A stretch of DNA of 64,000 bases from an uncultured bacterium (GTDB taxonomy: Bacteria > Zixibacteria > MSB-5A5 > UBA10806), in NCBI GenBank assembly GCA_965541585.1, contig CBEUCH010000003.1:128001-192000 (forward strand), given 5' to 3'. The stretch's first letter is position 1; each line of letters starts with the position of its first letter. A program made the translations under genes and the position numbers. Positions 20,626 to 29,520 of this stretch are shown piece by piece. Below the pieces are notes generated by a model. That model searched no databases, was not told the DNA's origin, and was given only the letters and a program-made list of their open reading frames with translations.

Positions 20626-20993
20626 TGCCGTCGCTCGAATATTTTGTCGTTCTATCCGCCGTCCTGTTTTGCATAGGCGTCTGGGGTGTATTGAAATCCC
20701 GAAACGCCATAGTAATCTTCATGGCCATCGAGCTGATGTTAAACGCCGTAAATTTATCTCTGGTGGCGTTTGCAAGCAATATCAAGATCATACTGGCCCG
20801 CTTTATCCACACTGTGCCGGTCGACCAGGTGTCCGATTTGCTCAGAACCTCAACAGCATCGGGCCAGGTATTCGTGATTCTTGTTATGACGGTTGCCGCC
20901 GCCGAGGCCGCCGTGGGCTTGGCGATAATCATCTCAATTCACCGTATGAAAGATTCGGTAAACGTGGATGATGTCAATATCATGAAATGGTAA
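20625..20993 (+). CDS. nuoK: NADH-quinone oxidoreductase subunit K
   Basis: IELMLNAVN and [11 protein letters not shown]. Confidence 0.95.
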   Translation: MPSLEYFVVLSAVLFCIGVWGVLKSRNAIVIFMAIELMLNAVNLSLVAFASNIKIILARFIHTVPVDQVSDLLRTSTASGQVFVILVMTVAAAEAAVGLAIIISIHRMKDSVNVDDVNIMKW

Positions 20994-20996
20994 TAG

Positions 20997-22949
20997 ATGA
21001 TAGAAGATCAGATTAAAACGTTAGTAAAACTCGTACCGGTGTTTCCTTTGATCGGTTTTTTGATCAACGGCCTGTTCAATAAGAGGCTCACGGGGAAATT
21101 ACCCGGAATTATTGGCTCGAGTTGCATATTCATATCGCTTGTACTTTCTACCTGGGCGTTCTTTCTGCTCACAAGTTTGCCCGAGCATGCAAGGTCTGTC
21201 GGTTCCTCCTGGTTTGACTGGGTGGTTTCCGGTAGCTTTTCAAGTAGTTTCTCGTTTCTCTATGATCCTCTTTCGGCTGTCATGATGCTTGTAGTTACCG
21301 GCGTGGGCTTCTTGATACACGTCTATTCAATTGGATATATGCAGAGCGATGGTGGGTATTCACGTTACTTTTCATTCTTGAATCTTTTTACATTCGCCAT
21401 GCTTGCTCTGGTCATGGCCGACAATCTGCTCTTGCTTTATCTCGGGTGGGAAGGGGTCGGCCTCTGCAGTTATCTGTTGATCGGTTTCTGGTTCCACAAG
21501 AAATCGGCGGCCGATGCCGGCAAGAAAGCTTTCATAGTTAACCGTGTTGGTGACTTCGGATTTGCGCTCGGCATATTCTTGCTTTTCTGGACCTTTGCCT
21601 CGGCGGGACATCCTACGATAAATCTCTCGGAGATCAGCAGCCTGGCGCCTGAGATTCTGGTGGGAGGCGGAATTGTCACTGCAATTACGTTATTGCTGTT
21701 CCTGGGGGCCACGGGCAAATCGGCGCAGATACCGCTGTATGTCTGGCTTCCCGATGCCATGGAAGGCCCCACACCGGTTTCGGCCCTGATACATGCGGCG
21801 ACGATGGTAACCGCGGGTGTTTATATGGTCTGCAGGCTCTCGGCCGTATTTGTTCTGGCGCCGGTGACAATGATGGTGATCGCCATAGTAGGGGCTGTTA
21901 CGGCACTATATGCGGCCACGATTGCCACGGCACAGAACGACATCAAAAGGGTCCTGGCTTATTCCACCATCAGCCAGTTGGGTTATATGTTTTTGGCCTG
22001 CGGAGTGGGAGCCTTCGCAGCCGGCATTTTCCATCTTATGACACATGCCTTTTTCAAAGCGCTTCTCTTCATGTGCGCCGGTTCGGTTATGCATGCACTG
22101 GCCGGCGAGCTTGACATGCAAAAGATGGGCGGGCTTAGAAAATATTTGCCCATTACGTTTTTCACAATGTTTGTGGGCACGCTGGCGATATCGGGTGTGC
22201 CGCTGTTTTCGGGATTCTTTTCCAAAGACGAAATCCTATATAGAGCTTTTTCGTCGGAGCATGGCAGCATCATCCTATGGGCCATCGGCCTATTCGCGGC
22301 GCTTTTGACGGCATTCTATATGTTCCGCCTTCTGTTTCTGACCTTCTATGGGAAATCCCGAATGAATCCCGATGTTGAAAGGCATGTCCACGAATCGCCG
22401 AAAGTCATGACCGTTCCATTGATGATACTGGCGGTACTGGCACTTATCGGCGGATATATCGGTTTGCCGCACGCTCTCGGCGGGGGAGCCTGGTTCGAGA
22501 AATTCTTAAGTCCGGTTTTCACATTTTCCCATGAGACTGCAGAAGCCGCAGGCCATCAATCATATTCCATTGAATATTTGCTTATGATCGCCTCAATAGT
22601 AGCCGCCGGAATCGGTATACTGGCAGCTTACAGGTTCTATATCTCCGATCCCGAAAGACCGAAAAGTCTGGCAGAGAGATTTGATGGTCTATATAATGCG
22701 GTCTTGAATAAGTATTACGTTGATGAGTTTTATAACGCTGTTATAGTTCAGCCGGTAGTTAAAGCCGCCTCGTTCTTCTGGAGGAAAACCGATGTTATGA
22801 TTGTCGACGGTTTCGCCAACGGTTGCGCCAGGGTGATCGGCTGGTTTTCCGGGAAATTCCGTTTCGTCCAGACCGGGCTTTTTAGAAACTACGCGCTGTT
22901 ATTCGTATTCGGCGTAATTGTTTTACTGGGATTTGTTATTCTGAGATAG
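20997..22949 (+). CDS. nuoL: NADH-quinone oxidoreductase subunit L
   Basis: GWEGVGLCSYLLIGFW and KSAQIPLYVWLPDAMEGPTPVSALIHAATMV. Confidence 0.97.
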   Translation: MIEDQIKTLVKLVPVFPLIGFLINGLFNKRLTGKLPGIIGSSCIFISLVLSTWAFFLLTSLPEHARSVGSSWFDWVVSGSFSSSFSFLYDPLSAVMMLVVTGVGFLIHVYSIGYMQSDGGYSRYFSFLNLFTFAMLALVMADNLLLLYLGWEGVGLCSYLLIGFWFHKKSAADAGKKAFIVNRVGDFGFALGIFLLFWTFASAGHPTINLSEISSLAPEILVGGGIVTAITLLLFLGATGKSAQIPLYVWLPDAMEGPTPVSALIHAATMVTAGVYMVCRLSAVFVLAPVTMMVIAIVGAVTALYAATIATAQNDIKRVLAYSTISQLGYMFLACGVGAFAAGIFHLMTHAFFKALLFMCAGSVMHALAGELDMQKMGGLRKYLPITFFTMFVGTLAISGVPLFSGFFSKDEILYRAFSSEHGSIILWAIGLFAALLTAFYMFRLLFLTFYGKSRMNPDVERHVHESPKVMTVPLMILAVLALIGGYIGLPHALGGGAWFEKFLSPVFTFSHETAEAAGHQSYSIEYLLMIASIVAAGIGILAAYRFYISDPERPKSLAERFDGLYNAVLNKYYVDEFYNAVIVQPVVKAASFFWRKTDVMIVDGFANGCARVIGWFSGKFRFVQTGLFRNYALLFVFGVIVLLGFVILR

Positions 22950-23008
22950 GTTGCGATGGTAGGGCGAATGATAAATATAACCGCCAGTAACAAGAAGGGT
23001 CGATTGAG

Positions 23009-24592
23009 ATGAACTGGCCGATACTCTCCTGGATCGTCTTCCTGCCGCTGATAGGTGCTCTTGTTATCCTGTTTATAAACAGATCGAGGCATAACGCAAT
23101 CAGATGGACCTCGCTTTCATTTACGATCGCAGATTTCGTTCTGAGCCTGGTGCTATTCGTCAGGTTTGACGGATCCAATACCGGTATGCAGTTTCGCAAC
23201 GAGCCGGTGATGTGGATTAAATCTCTCGGTATCACATACAGCCTCGGTGTTGATGGTATCTCTATATTGTTGGTCTTATTAACTCCGTTTCTAACAGCGA
23301 TCGCCATCGCATCCGCCTGGACGGCCATTAGAGAAAAAGTCAAGGGCTTTATGATATCGATGTTGATTCTGGAGACGGGCATGCTGGGCGTGTTTCTGGC
23401 AACCGATCTCTTCCTTTTCTATCTTTTCTGGGAGGTTATGCTAGTACCGATGTATTTCCTCATCGGGATCTGGGGCGGCCCACGGAAAATCTATGCCGCC
23501 GTCAAGTTCGTACTATTTACGATGTTTGGCTCCCTGCTGATGCTTTTAGCCATAATCAAGCTGTATTTGATGACCTCCTCGGTCGCCGGCTTGAAGACAA
23601 CCGATTTGATAACGGTGCAACATATTCAGATTCCTCCCGATTTGCAGATCTGGTTGTTTCTGGCTTTCGCTCTGGCCTTTGCCATCAAGGTACCGTTATT
23701 CCCATTCCATACCTGGCTTCCGGACGCCCACGTGGAGGCCCCGACCGCGGGATCGATCATCCTTGCGGGCGTTTTGTTAAAGATGGGGACCTACGGTTTT
23801 TTGCGGTTCTGCCTGCCGCTGTTTCCATCTGCCACCGCCTACTTCGTCCCCTTGATCTCTATTCTTGCACTGATCGGCATAATCTATGGCGCCCTTGTTG
23901 CCATGGCGCAGAAGGATATTAAATCGCTTGTTGCCTACTCGTCAGTGGCTCATCTGGGATTTGTGATGCTCGGCATGTTCGCATTGACTACCCAGGGCCT
24001 GACCGGTTCTGTCATACAGATGGTTAACCACGGCATCACCGCCGGCGCGTTGTTCCTACTGGTCGGAATGATTTACGAGAGGCGGCATACCAGGATGATC
24101 ACAGATTTCGGCGGTATTGCGCACGTTATGCCGGTATTCGCCACCGTTTTCCTGATCGTTACACTGGCATCGATAGGTTTGCCGGGGACCAACGGATTTG
24201 TAGGCGAGTTTCTGATTTTGCTGGGGACATTCAAGGTAAATCCTATATTCGCCGCCATAGGAACCTTCGGTATCGTATTAGCAGCAGTATATATGCTCTG
24301 GATGGTTCAGCGCGTCTTTTTCGGGCGTTGTGATAAAGAAGAGAATAAGAGGCTTCCGGATATGAACTGGAGAGAAAAATTGATCTCCATTCCGATTCTC
24401 ATAATGATTTTCTGGATCGGTATTTATCCGGATACTTTCATTAAAAAAATCGAGCCATCGGTTGAAAGAATGATCGAGCTTGTAAAATTGAAAAATTTGC
24501 ATGCCGGGGATGTAAATCAAGAAGCCGGTGAGTGGAATATGGAACAACACAATAAAGACGGTGATTCTACATGGGTTTCAACTGGAGAATAA
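23009..24592 (+). CDS. nuoM: NADH-quinone oxidoreductase subunit M
   Basis: KVPLFPFHTWLPDAHVEAPT and LAGVLLKMGTYG. Confidence 0.97.
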   Translation: MNWPILSWIVFLPLIGALVILFINRSRHNAIRWTSLSFTIADFVLSLVLFVRFDGSNTGMQFRNEPVMWIKSLGITYSLGVDGISILLVLLTPFLTAIAIASAWTAIREKVKGFMISMLILETGMLGVFLATDLFLFYLFWEVMLVPMYFLIGIWGGPRKIYAAVKFVLFTMFGSLLMLLAIIKLYLMTSSVAGLKTTDLITVQHIQIPPDLQIWLFLAFALAFAIKVPLFPFHTWLPDAHVEAPTAGSIILAGVLLKMGTYGFLRFCLPLFPSATAYFVPLISILALIGIIYGALVAMAQKDIKSLVAYSSVAHLGFVMLGMFALTTQGLTGSVIQMVNHGITAGALFLLVGMIYERRHTRMITDFGGIAHVMPVFATVFLIVTLASIGLPGTNGFVGEFLILLGTFKVNPIFAAIGTFGIVLAAVYMLWMVQRVFFGRCDKEENKRLPDMNWREKLISIPILIMIFWIGIYPDTFIKKIEPSVERMIELVKLKNLHAGDVNQEAGEWNMEQHNKDGDSTWVSTGE

Positions 24593-26046
24593 TATCTCCT
24601 GAGATAGCCGTGCTGGCCACAGGATTGGTGGTTCTTATCCTGGACCTATTCCTGAGGCGGGCCAGGAATTTCATATTTACAACCGTCAGTTTTATCGGGA
24701 TCCTGGTCGCTATATGGCTGGTAAACAGCAATTCAGGCTTTTTGGCTTTGAGTTTTCAGGGGATAGTCATAAACGATCCCATCGCATTCTATTTCAAAAT
24801 CATCTTCTGCCTCGGCACATTGCTGACGATATTTGTTTCTTCAAGCTATGTCAGCCGGGAGATGAATAGCCCCGGAGAATATTATGTTCTGCTGTTTATC
24901 GCAACCTTCGGGATGATGGTGATGGCTTCGTCCGCCGACCTGCTGACGATATTCCTCGGCTTGGAGGTCATGAGCATACCGCTATATGTCCTGGCGGGAA
25001 TCTATAGAAATCGAGCTCGCTCCCGCGAAGCTTCAATGAAATATTTCCTGATGGGCGCTTTTGCTTCCGGTTTTTTGCTCTACGGCATTGCGTTGATATT
25101 CGGAGCCTATGGCACAACCAACCTGGTCGTAATTGCAGAACGTCTCAGCCTCGGAGGAGAATATGGCGGGATTCTGAGTGGCGCCGGGATTACGTTTCTC
25201 TTAATTGGCCTCGGTTTCAAGGTTGGGATTGCCCCGTTCCACGCCTGGATCCCCGATGTTTATGAGGGGTCCCCCGCCCCGGTCACGGCCTTTATGTCTG
25301 CAGGCCCGAAGGCTGCGGGTTTCGCCGCACTATTCAGGATTTCCACCGTTTTCTGGCCGGTGGTCGGCGAAAACTTTACCACCGTCCTCTGGATACTGGC
25401 GGTTCTCACCATGACGTGGGGAAATATTCTGGCCATTTCCCAGACTAATATCAAGAGGATGCTGGCTTATTCATCGATAGCTCACGCCGGCTATGTGATG
25501 ATAGCACTGACGACCGGTGGAAAGGAAGGGCTCGCCGCAGGAATGTTTTATCTTCTGGCATATACGATAATCAATATCGGCGCTTTTGCAGTGATCGTTC
25601 TTTTTGCCGGACACAAAGAGAAACTAGAGAACATAAAAGATTACGCCGGATTCGGGACCAGGTATCCGTTTCCGGCAATTGCCCTGACCATCTTCATGCT
25701 GGCGCTGATCGGTTTTCCTGCAACTGCCGGATTCGTAGGAAAATATAAAATATTCATAGCTGCCATAGATTCCGGTTTCGTCTGGTTGGCTATCATCGGA
25801 ATCGCCAATAGCCTGATCTCCGTCTGGTATTACATCGGTGTCGTGGTCACCATGTATATGAAGCCGGAAGGGGAGAAAACCGTAGAAGTAGTCCCCTCCC
25901 CGAGCCTTTTCGTTGCCATCTTTGTCTCCCTGTTCGGAACACTTCAAATGGGCCTATATCCTGAGATTTGGCTGCGGCTGGCGGATATGGCCGGAAATCA
26001 TGCGAGTTGGGCGCTGATTATCCGTATGATGATTAATCCCTTGTAA
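24571..26046 (+). CDS. nuoN: NADH-quinone oxidoreductase subunit N
   Basis: EASMKYFLMG, FKVGIAPFHAWIPDVYEG and KRMLAYSSIAH. Confidence 0.96.
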   Translation: MGFNWRIISPEIAVLATGLVVLILDLFLRRARNFIFTTVSFIGILVAIWLVNSNSGFLALSFQGIVINDPIAFYFKIIFCLGTLLTIFVSSSYVSREMNSPGEYYVLLFIATFGMMVMASSADLLTIFLGLEVMSIPLYVLAGIYRNRARSREASMKYFLMGAFASGFLLYGIALIFGAYGTTNLVVIAERLSLGGEYGGILSGAGITFLLIGLGFKVGIAPFHAWIPDVYEGSPAPVTAFMSAGPKAAGFAALFRISTVFWPVVGENFTTVLWILAVLTMTWGNILAISQTNIKRMLAYSSIAHAGYVMIALTTGGKEGLAAGMFYLLAYTIINIGAFAVIVLFAGHKEKLENIKDYAGFGTRYPFPAIALTIFMLALIGFPATAGFVGKYKIFIAAIDSGFVWLAIIGIANSLISVWYYIGVVVTMYMKPEGEKTVEVVPSPSLFVAIFVSLFGTLQMGLYPEIWLRLADMAGNHASWALIIRMMINPL

Positions 26047-26081
26047 GATAATCAGATACAGTCCCTCTCGGTCTGAAAAAA

Positions 26082-26138
26082 GATAATGATTATTATCATA
26101 ATTTTTTCCTTGACAAATATTTCACAAAGTGTTATAAT
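26082..26138 (+). promoter_or_regulatory. Promoter of the Fur-family gene, with a Fur-box-like site and a Rex-box-like site
   Basis: GATAATGATTATTATCATA (26082-26100; 15/19 to the Fur consensus). TTGACA (26110)-N17-TATAAT (26133) with a TGn extension. TTGACAAATATTTCACAA at 26110-26127. Confidence 0.7.
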
Positions 26139-26179
26139 AATGGAGCGATGTGGAAATGTTTAATCAAGGGTGGTGAATC

Positions 26180-26599
26180 ATGAAAGGGAATCTAAAAATC
26201 TTAAATCAAAAGATTAAGCAACAGGGGTATCGCATGACACGCCAGCGGGAGGTCGTTTTAAACGAGCTTTCCAAGACCAAGGGGCATCCTAAGGCCGATG
26301 AGATTTATCAAATGGTCCGCAATAGAATGCCGCATATCTCCTTCGGCACAGTCTATCGCAATCTGAGGCTTCTCAAAGAACTGGGGCTTGTGAGAGAGCT
26401 TTCTTTCGGTAAAAGCTTCTCGCGCTACGAGGCGTTCTGCGAAAATCATCAGCATTTCACCTGCACCACTTGCGGCAGGGTATTGGACATCGACGAACCT
26501 CTGGCTGTATCGACGTCCGGAGTCACGGTTGGGGGAGAGAAGATGCTGGTCGACGAGTACCGGCTGGAGTTTTACGGCACCTGTAGCGATTGCCAGTAA
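26180..26599 (+). CDS. Fur-family transcriptional regulator (Fur/PerR/Zur-like)
   Basis: RMTRQR, HPKADEIY, GTVYRNL, HQHFTCTTCG and FYGTCSDC. Confidence 0.93.
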   Translation: MKGNLKILNQKIKQQGYRMTRQREVVLNELSKTKGHPKADEIYQMVRNRMPHISFGTVYRNLRLLKELGLVRELSFGKSFSRYEAFCENHQHFTCTTCGRVLDIDEPLAVSTSGVTVGGEKMLVDEYRLEFYGTCSDCQ

Positions 26600-26647
26600 T
26601 ACTCTAATCAGCCGGACCTATCGCGAAATTCGACTTGACTCGGAAAC

Positions 26648-26679
26648 GAACCGGGGTATATTTGCCCCGGTTTCTTTTT
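26648..26679 (+). terminator. Rho-independent terminator
   Basis: AACCGGGGTA-TATT-TGCCCCGGTT followed by TCTTTTT. Confidence 0.7.
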
Positions 26680-26808
26680 GCGGTATTTCGCGACCTTTCT
26701 GCTAATACCGTTTGAGATTAAGCCGAATCTATTGGGGAAATCTAAAAGCTCTTTGAAACTCAATCGACCTGTCCGGTTGATGCCAGCCGACAGAGTAACG
26801 AAAAGACT

Positions 26809-26884
26809 GGGGCCGTAGTTCAGTTGGGAGAACGCCTGAATGGCATTCAGGAGGTCAGGGGTTCGACCCCCCTCGGCTCCACCA
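26809..26884 (+). tRNA. tRNA-Ala(GGC)
   Basis: 76-nt cloverleaf GGGGCCGTAGTTCAGTTGGGAGAACG, anticodon arm CCTGA-ATGGCAT-TCAGG, GTTCGAC T-loop and encoded CCA. Confidence 0.97.
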
Positions 26885-26889
26885 GTTAC

Positions 26890-26930
26890 AGGGCTTCCGT
26901 AAGTCAGCAAATGATAAACGGAAGCCCTTG
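26890..26930 (+). terminator. Hairpin after tRNA-Ala
   Basis: AGGGCTTCCGT...ACGGAAGCCCT inverted repeat. Confidence 0.5.
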
Positions 26931-26991
26931 ATTTTATCGGCGAAGATCGCGCCCGCCGGTTGAGGGATAAGGGGGAATCATAAAGAATGAC

Positions 26992-27020
26992 TTGACGCTC
27001 CACAAATAGACCTTTATATT
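26992..27020 (+). promoter_or_regulatory. Sigma-70-like promoter
   Basis: TTGACG-N17-TATATT, about 190 nt upstream of the 27209 start. Confidence 0.5.
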
Positions 27021-27208
27021 TGAGTAGATTCGCAACGGCGGGGGCCATGGATGGCCCGACATTTGTTTTTATGCGAATAACTTCATAAATAAGAGTTCTT
27101 GATCTAAAGAAACGGAGGCAAAAATGGCCAGGATCGGTGGCCGGAATTTCACAATTATTATTTTACTCAAGGAATTATAAACATCAGATAACGAGAAAGG
27201 ATAGGAAG

Positions 27209-28633
27209 ATGAAGAAAACGACATTTTTAAATTTCTCTTTAGGATTATTCCTGGCAGTCATCGTTTTCGCTTTACCCGTTTGGGCTGAATCCCCCAATGA
27301 GGAGGCTACATTTATTCGCAATACCGATAATGGAGCCGTACTTATAAATGAAGAGGGATTTCCTCATACAGGTGATGTGATGTTGATCCCTGATCCCTCT
27401 GTTGTCTGGTCGAATTATCTGGAAGATGCTATTTACTATACGACTTCCGATGCAATTAATGGTCATGTGTTTGCGGGCACCTATTTGAATCCCCCGAAGG
27501 AGGCGGAATTGTTTGCCTCCGGCGGAGGAGGTACTCCCGAATGGGTATACAGCGGCAATGAGTTTTTTACCGATGCCGGCGATGATGCTTTTACCTTGAG
27601 CGCCATTGATAAGGACGGCAGTGGTGTGAGCGTAATTAAATGGACTGGACCTGGAAATGGCACTCCGGATTGGACGGCTGATTTCGCAGGATATAGTGCT
27701 TCTAATTACGGGCCGATTGCGGTCTCCGATGATGGCTCCACTATAGCCGTGGTAGCTTCTCCACCGGGAACCGATGCTCATCTTCTGTTATTCGATGCCG
27801 GTTCGTCGACCCCCCTGGCCAATTATGAGGCTACGGGCCTGGGATTCCCTCGTTATGTGAAGATTAACGCCGATGGTCGCTATACTGCCTTTATTGCCCT
27901 GTCAACTCTTATAGTCTATGACAGGGATGTTCTGGGTGTTCGTGATCAAATATCGATGGGAGCTACCAATAGCGCCCTCGATATCTCCGGAGACGGCGAC
28001 CTTATAGCTTATGGCTGGTCCAGCTATAAGGTTATGGAGTGGAATGGGTCATCGTATCAGCAGCTATGGTCCTGGTCGGTAGGGGGTTATTACGTGGGAA
28101 GGATAGCGATATCTACCGATGGCACTACCATTGTCTCTTGCTGGTATTCTTCCTCATATAACACCGTAAAGGTTGTAGTCCACAATCCCGGTTCCTCAAC
28201 GCCGCTCTGGGTTTATGATTATCCCCAATCAAATGGAACTTATCAGGAGATCGCCGGTGATGTGGACATCACTGATGACGGTAAATACTTCGTAGTCGGC
28301 AGCTGGGGAGATGCTCAGAATCTAAATCCTGAGGTACATATCTTCCAGAGAGATGATACTCCGCATCTATATTACACTACGGACATGCCTGGTTCGGTTT
28401 TCTCGGTGGATATATCAGGTGACGGTCTCTACGCTACCGCCGCCGGTAAGCATATTCATGCCAACGTATCGGGCCGCGGCGGGGATATTGTATTGATCGA
28501 TACCGAACTCGTTACTGAAGAAGTCCCCACCCTCTCCGAATGGGGCATGATGATTATGGGGCTGCTGTTGCTGGCGATAGGAACTGTTGCGGTTGTGAGG
28601 AGAAGGAAAGCGGCACTCAGCAAGGCTACGTAA
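27209..28633 (+). CDS. Beta-propeller (WD40-like) surface protein with IPTL-CTERM tail
   Basis: Signal peptide MKKTT...PVWA. Repeats (I/V)(A/D)(I/V)SxDG. Tail VPTLSEWGMMIMGLLLLAIGTVAVVRRRK. Confidence 0.85.
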   Translation: MKKTTFLNFSLGLFLAVIVFALPVWAESPNEEATFIRNTDNGAVLINEEGFPHTGDVMLIPDPSVVWSNYLEDAIYYTTSDAINGHVFAGTYLNPPKEAELFASGGGGTPEWVYSGNEFFTDAGDDAFTLSAIDKDGSGVSVIKWTGPGNGTPDWTADFAGYSASNYGPIAVSDDGSTIAVVASPPGTDAHLLLFDAGSSTPLANYEATGLGFPRYVKINADGRYTAFIALSTLIVYDRDVLGVRDQISMGATNSALDISGDGDLIAYGWSSYKVMEWNGSSYQQLWSWSVGGYYVGRIAISTDGTTIVSCWYSSSYNTVKVVVHNPGSSTPLWVYDYPQSNGTYQEIAGDVDITDDGKYFVVGSWGDAQNLNPEVHIFQRDDTPHLYYTTDMPGSVFSVDISGDGLYATAAGKHIHANVSGRGGDIVLIDTELVTEEVPTLSEWGMMIMGLLLLAIGTVAVVRRRKAALSKAT

Positions 28634-28657
28634 AAGGCCAACCAAACGGATAAAACG

Positions 28658-28684
28658 AAGGGGAGCCATGACGACTCCCCTTTA
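28658..28684 (+). terminator. Terminator-like hairpin
   Basis: AAGGGGAGCC-ATGAC-GACTCCCCTTT. Confidence 0.6.
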
Positions 28685-28926
28685 ACTTTGCCAGTTTTGC
28701 CCATCTGTCAAATGCGATCCCCCGGACTCAGCCGCCTGGCGACGGTCATAATCTGACAGATCCGTATGGACAAGTTATGACACGCCGTTAAAGCGCTTAA
28801 GACTGTTGATTATTATAATGGTCCCTGCTTTTCCCCACGGATGGATATGCGCCGGTCGCGCTTCCGGGTGCAAAGATCTGAGCTTTCCAACTGCTGCCGC
28901 CGCCTATTGGCGATGGCATCAAACGG

Positions 28927-29196
28927 CTAATAGACTTTTTCCGTTTTCTGATCGTGCTTCTGCGGTGCAGATGACTGGCTGGATTGATTTGCCTGGCTTT
29001 CCTGCTCAATATTCCGCTTCAGCAATCCTTCGAGTTTTCCGAATTTGATCAGCATTCTGGTTCTGACGAGTAATCCCAACGATAAGAGCATAAATACGAC
29101 GGCGTTAACACGACGGAATATTTCGCCGTAATTGAAAAAGGTATCCAGGAATGCCAACACTCCTAATCCGAATAATGTTGCACACCATAACAGCAT
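28927..29196 (-). CDS. Small two-TM hypothetical membrane protein
   Basis: Strong GGGAGG RBS, two hydrophobic segments and a polar tail. Sigma-28-like promoter upstream. Confidence 0.7.
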   Translation of the reverse strand: MLLWCATLFGLGVLAFLDTFFNYGEIFRRVNAVVFMLLSLGLLVRTRMLIKFGKLEGLLKRNIEQESQANQSSQSSAPQKHDQKTEKVY

Positions 29197-29233
29197 TTTT
29201 TCCTCCCTTTAGCAAGATTGATCTTTTATTCCA

Positions 29234-29260
29234 GTATCGGCCTGTGAAATAACCACTTAA
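29234..29260 (-). promoter_or_regulatory. Sigma-28-like promoter
   Basis: Minus strand reads TTAA-N15-GCCGATAC. Confidence 0.55.
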
Positions 29261-29396
29261 GATTATTTAAACGCCATCAAGGAGATACCAGGCTGCCATC
29301 CGCGAAAATGATGCAGAACTGAACGATTCTCTCAAGGGCGATTGATTTCGATAAGTGCCCGATAAATAGCATGTTACAGATGTAAGGAGTCTCGTT

Positions 29397-29423
29397 TTAA
29401 GGCTTCGTCCCTTTGGCCGATAT
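29397..29423 (+). promoter_or_regulatory. Sigma-28-like promoter
   Basis: TTAA-N15-GCCGATAT. Confidence 0.5.
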
Positions 29424-29520
29424 CGAAAGCGTTTATTCTTGCCATCGACAGCATTAGGTGATATAGGAGGATTTGCAGATTCGAGGGAGATTGTCCCGCA
29501 GAAAGAGTCGAGGGAGGCTT

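Noticed and set aside
26608..27048. 146-aa minus-strand ORF (likewise 48742-49005)
   Set aside because: These are antisense shadows of tRNA genes with no protein-like features.
29200..29520. Purine riboswitch upstream of the NCS2 permease
   Set aside because: No recognisable purine aptamer core was found by eye. An Rfam scan would settle it.
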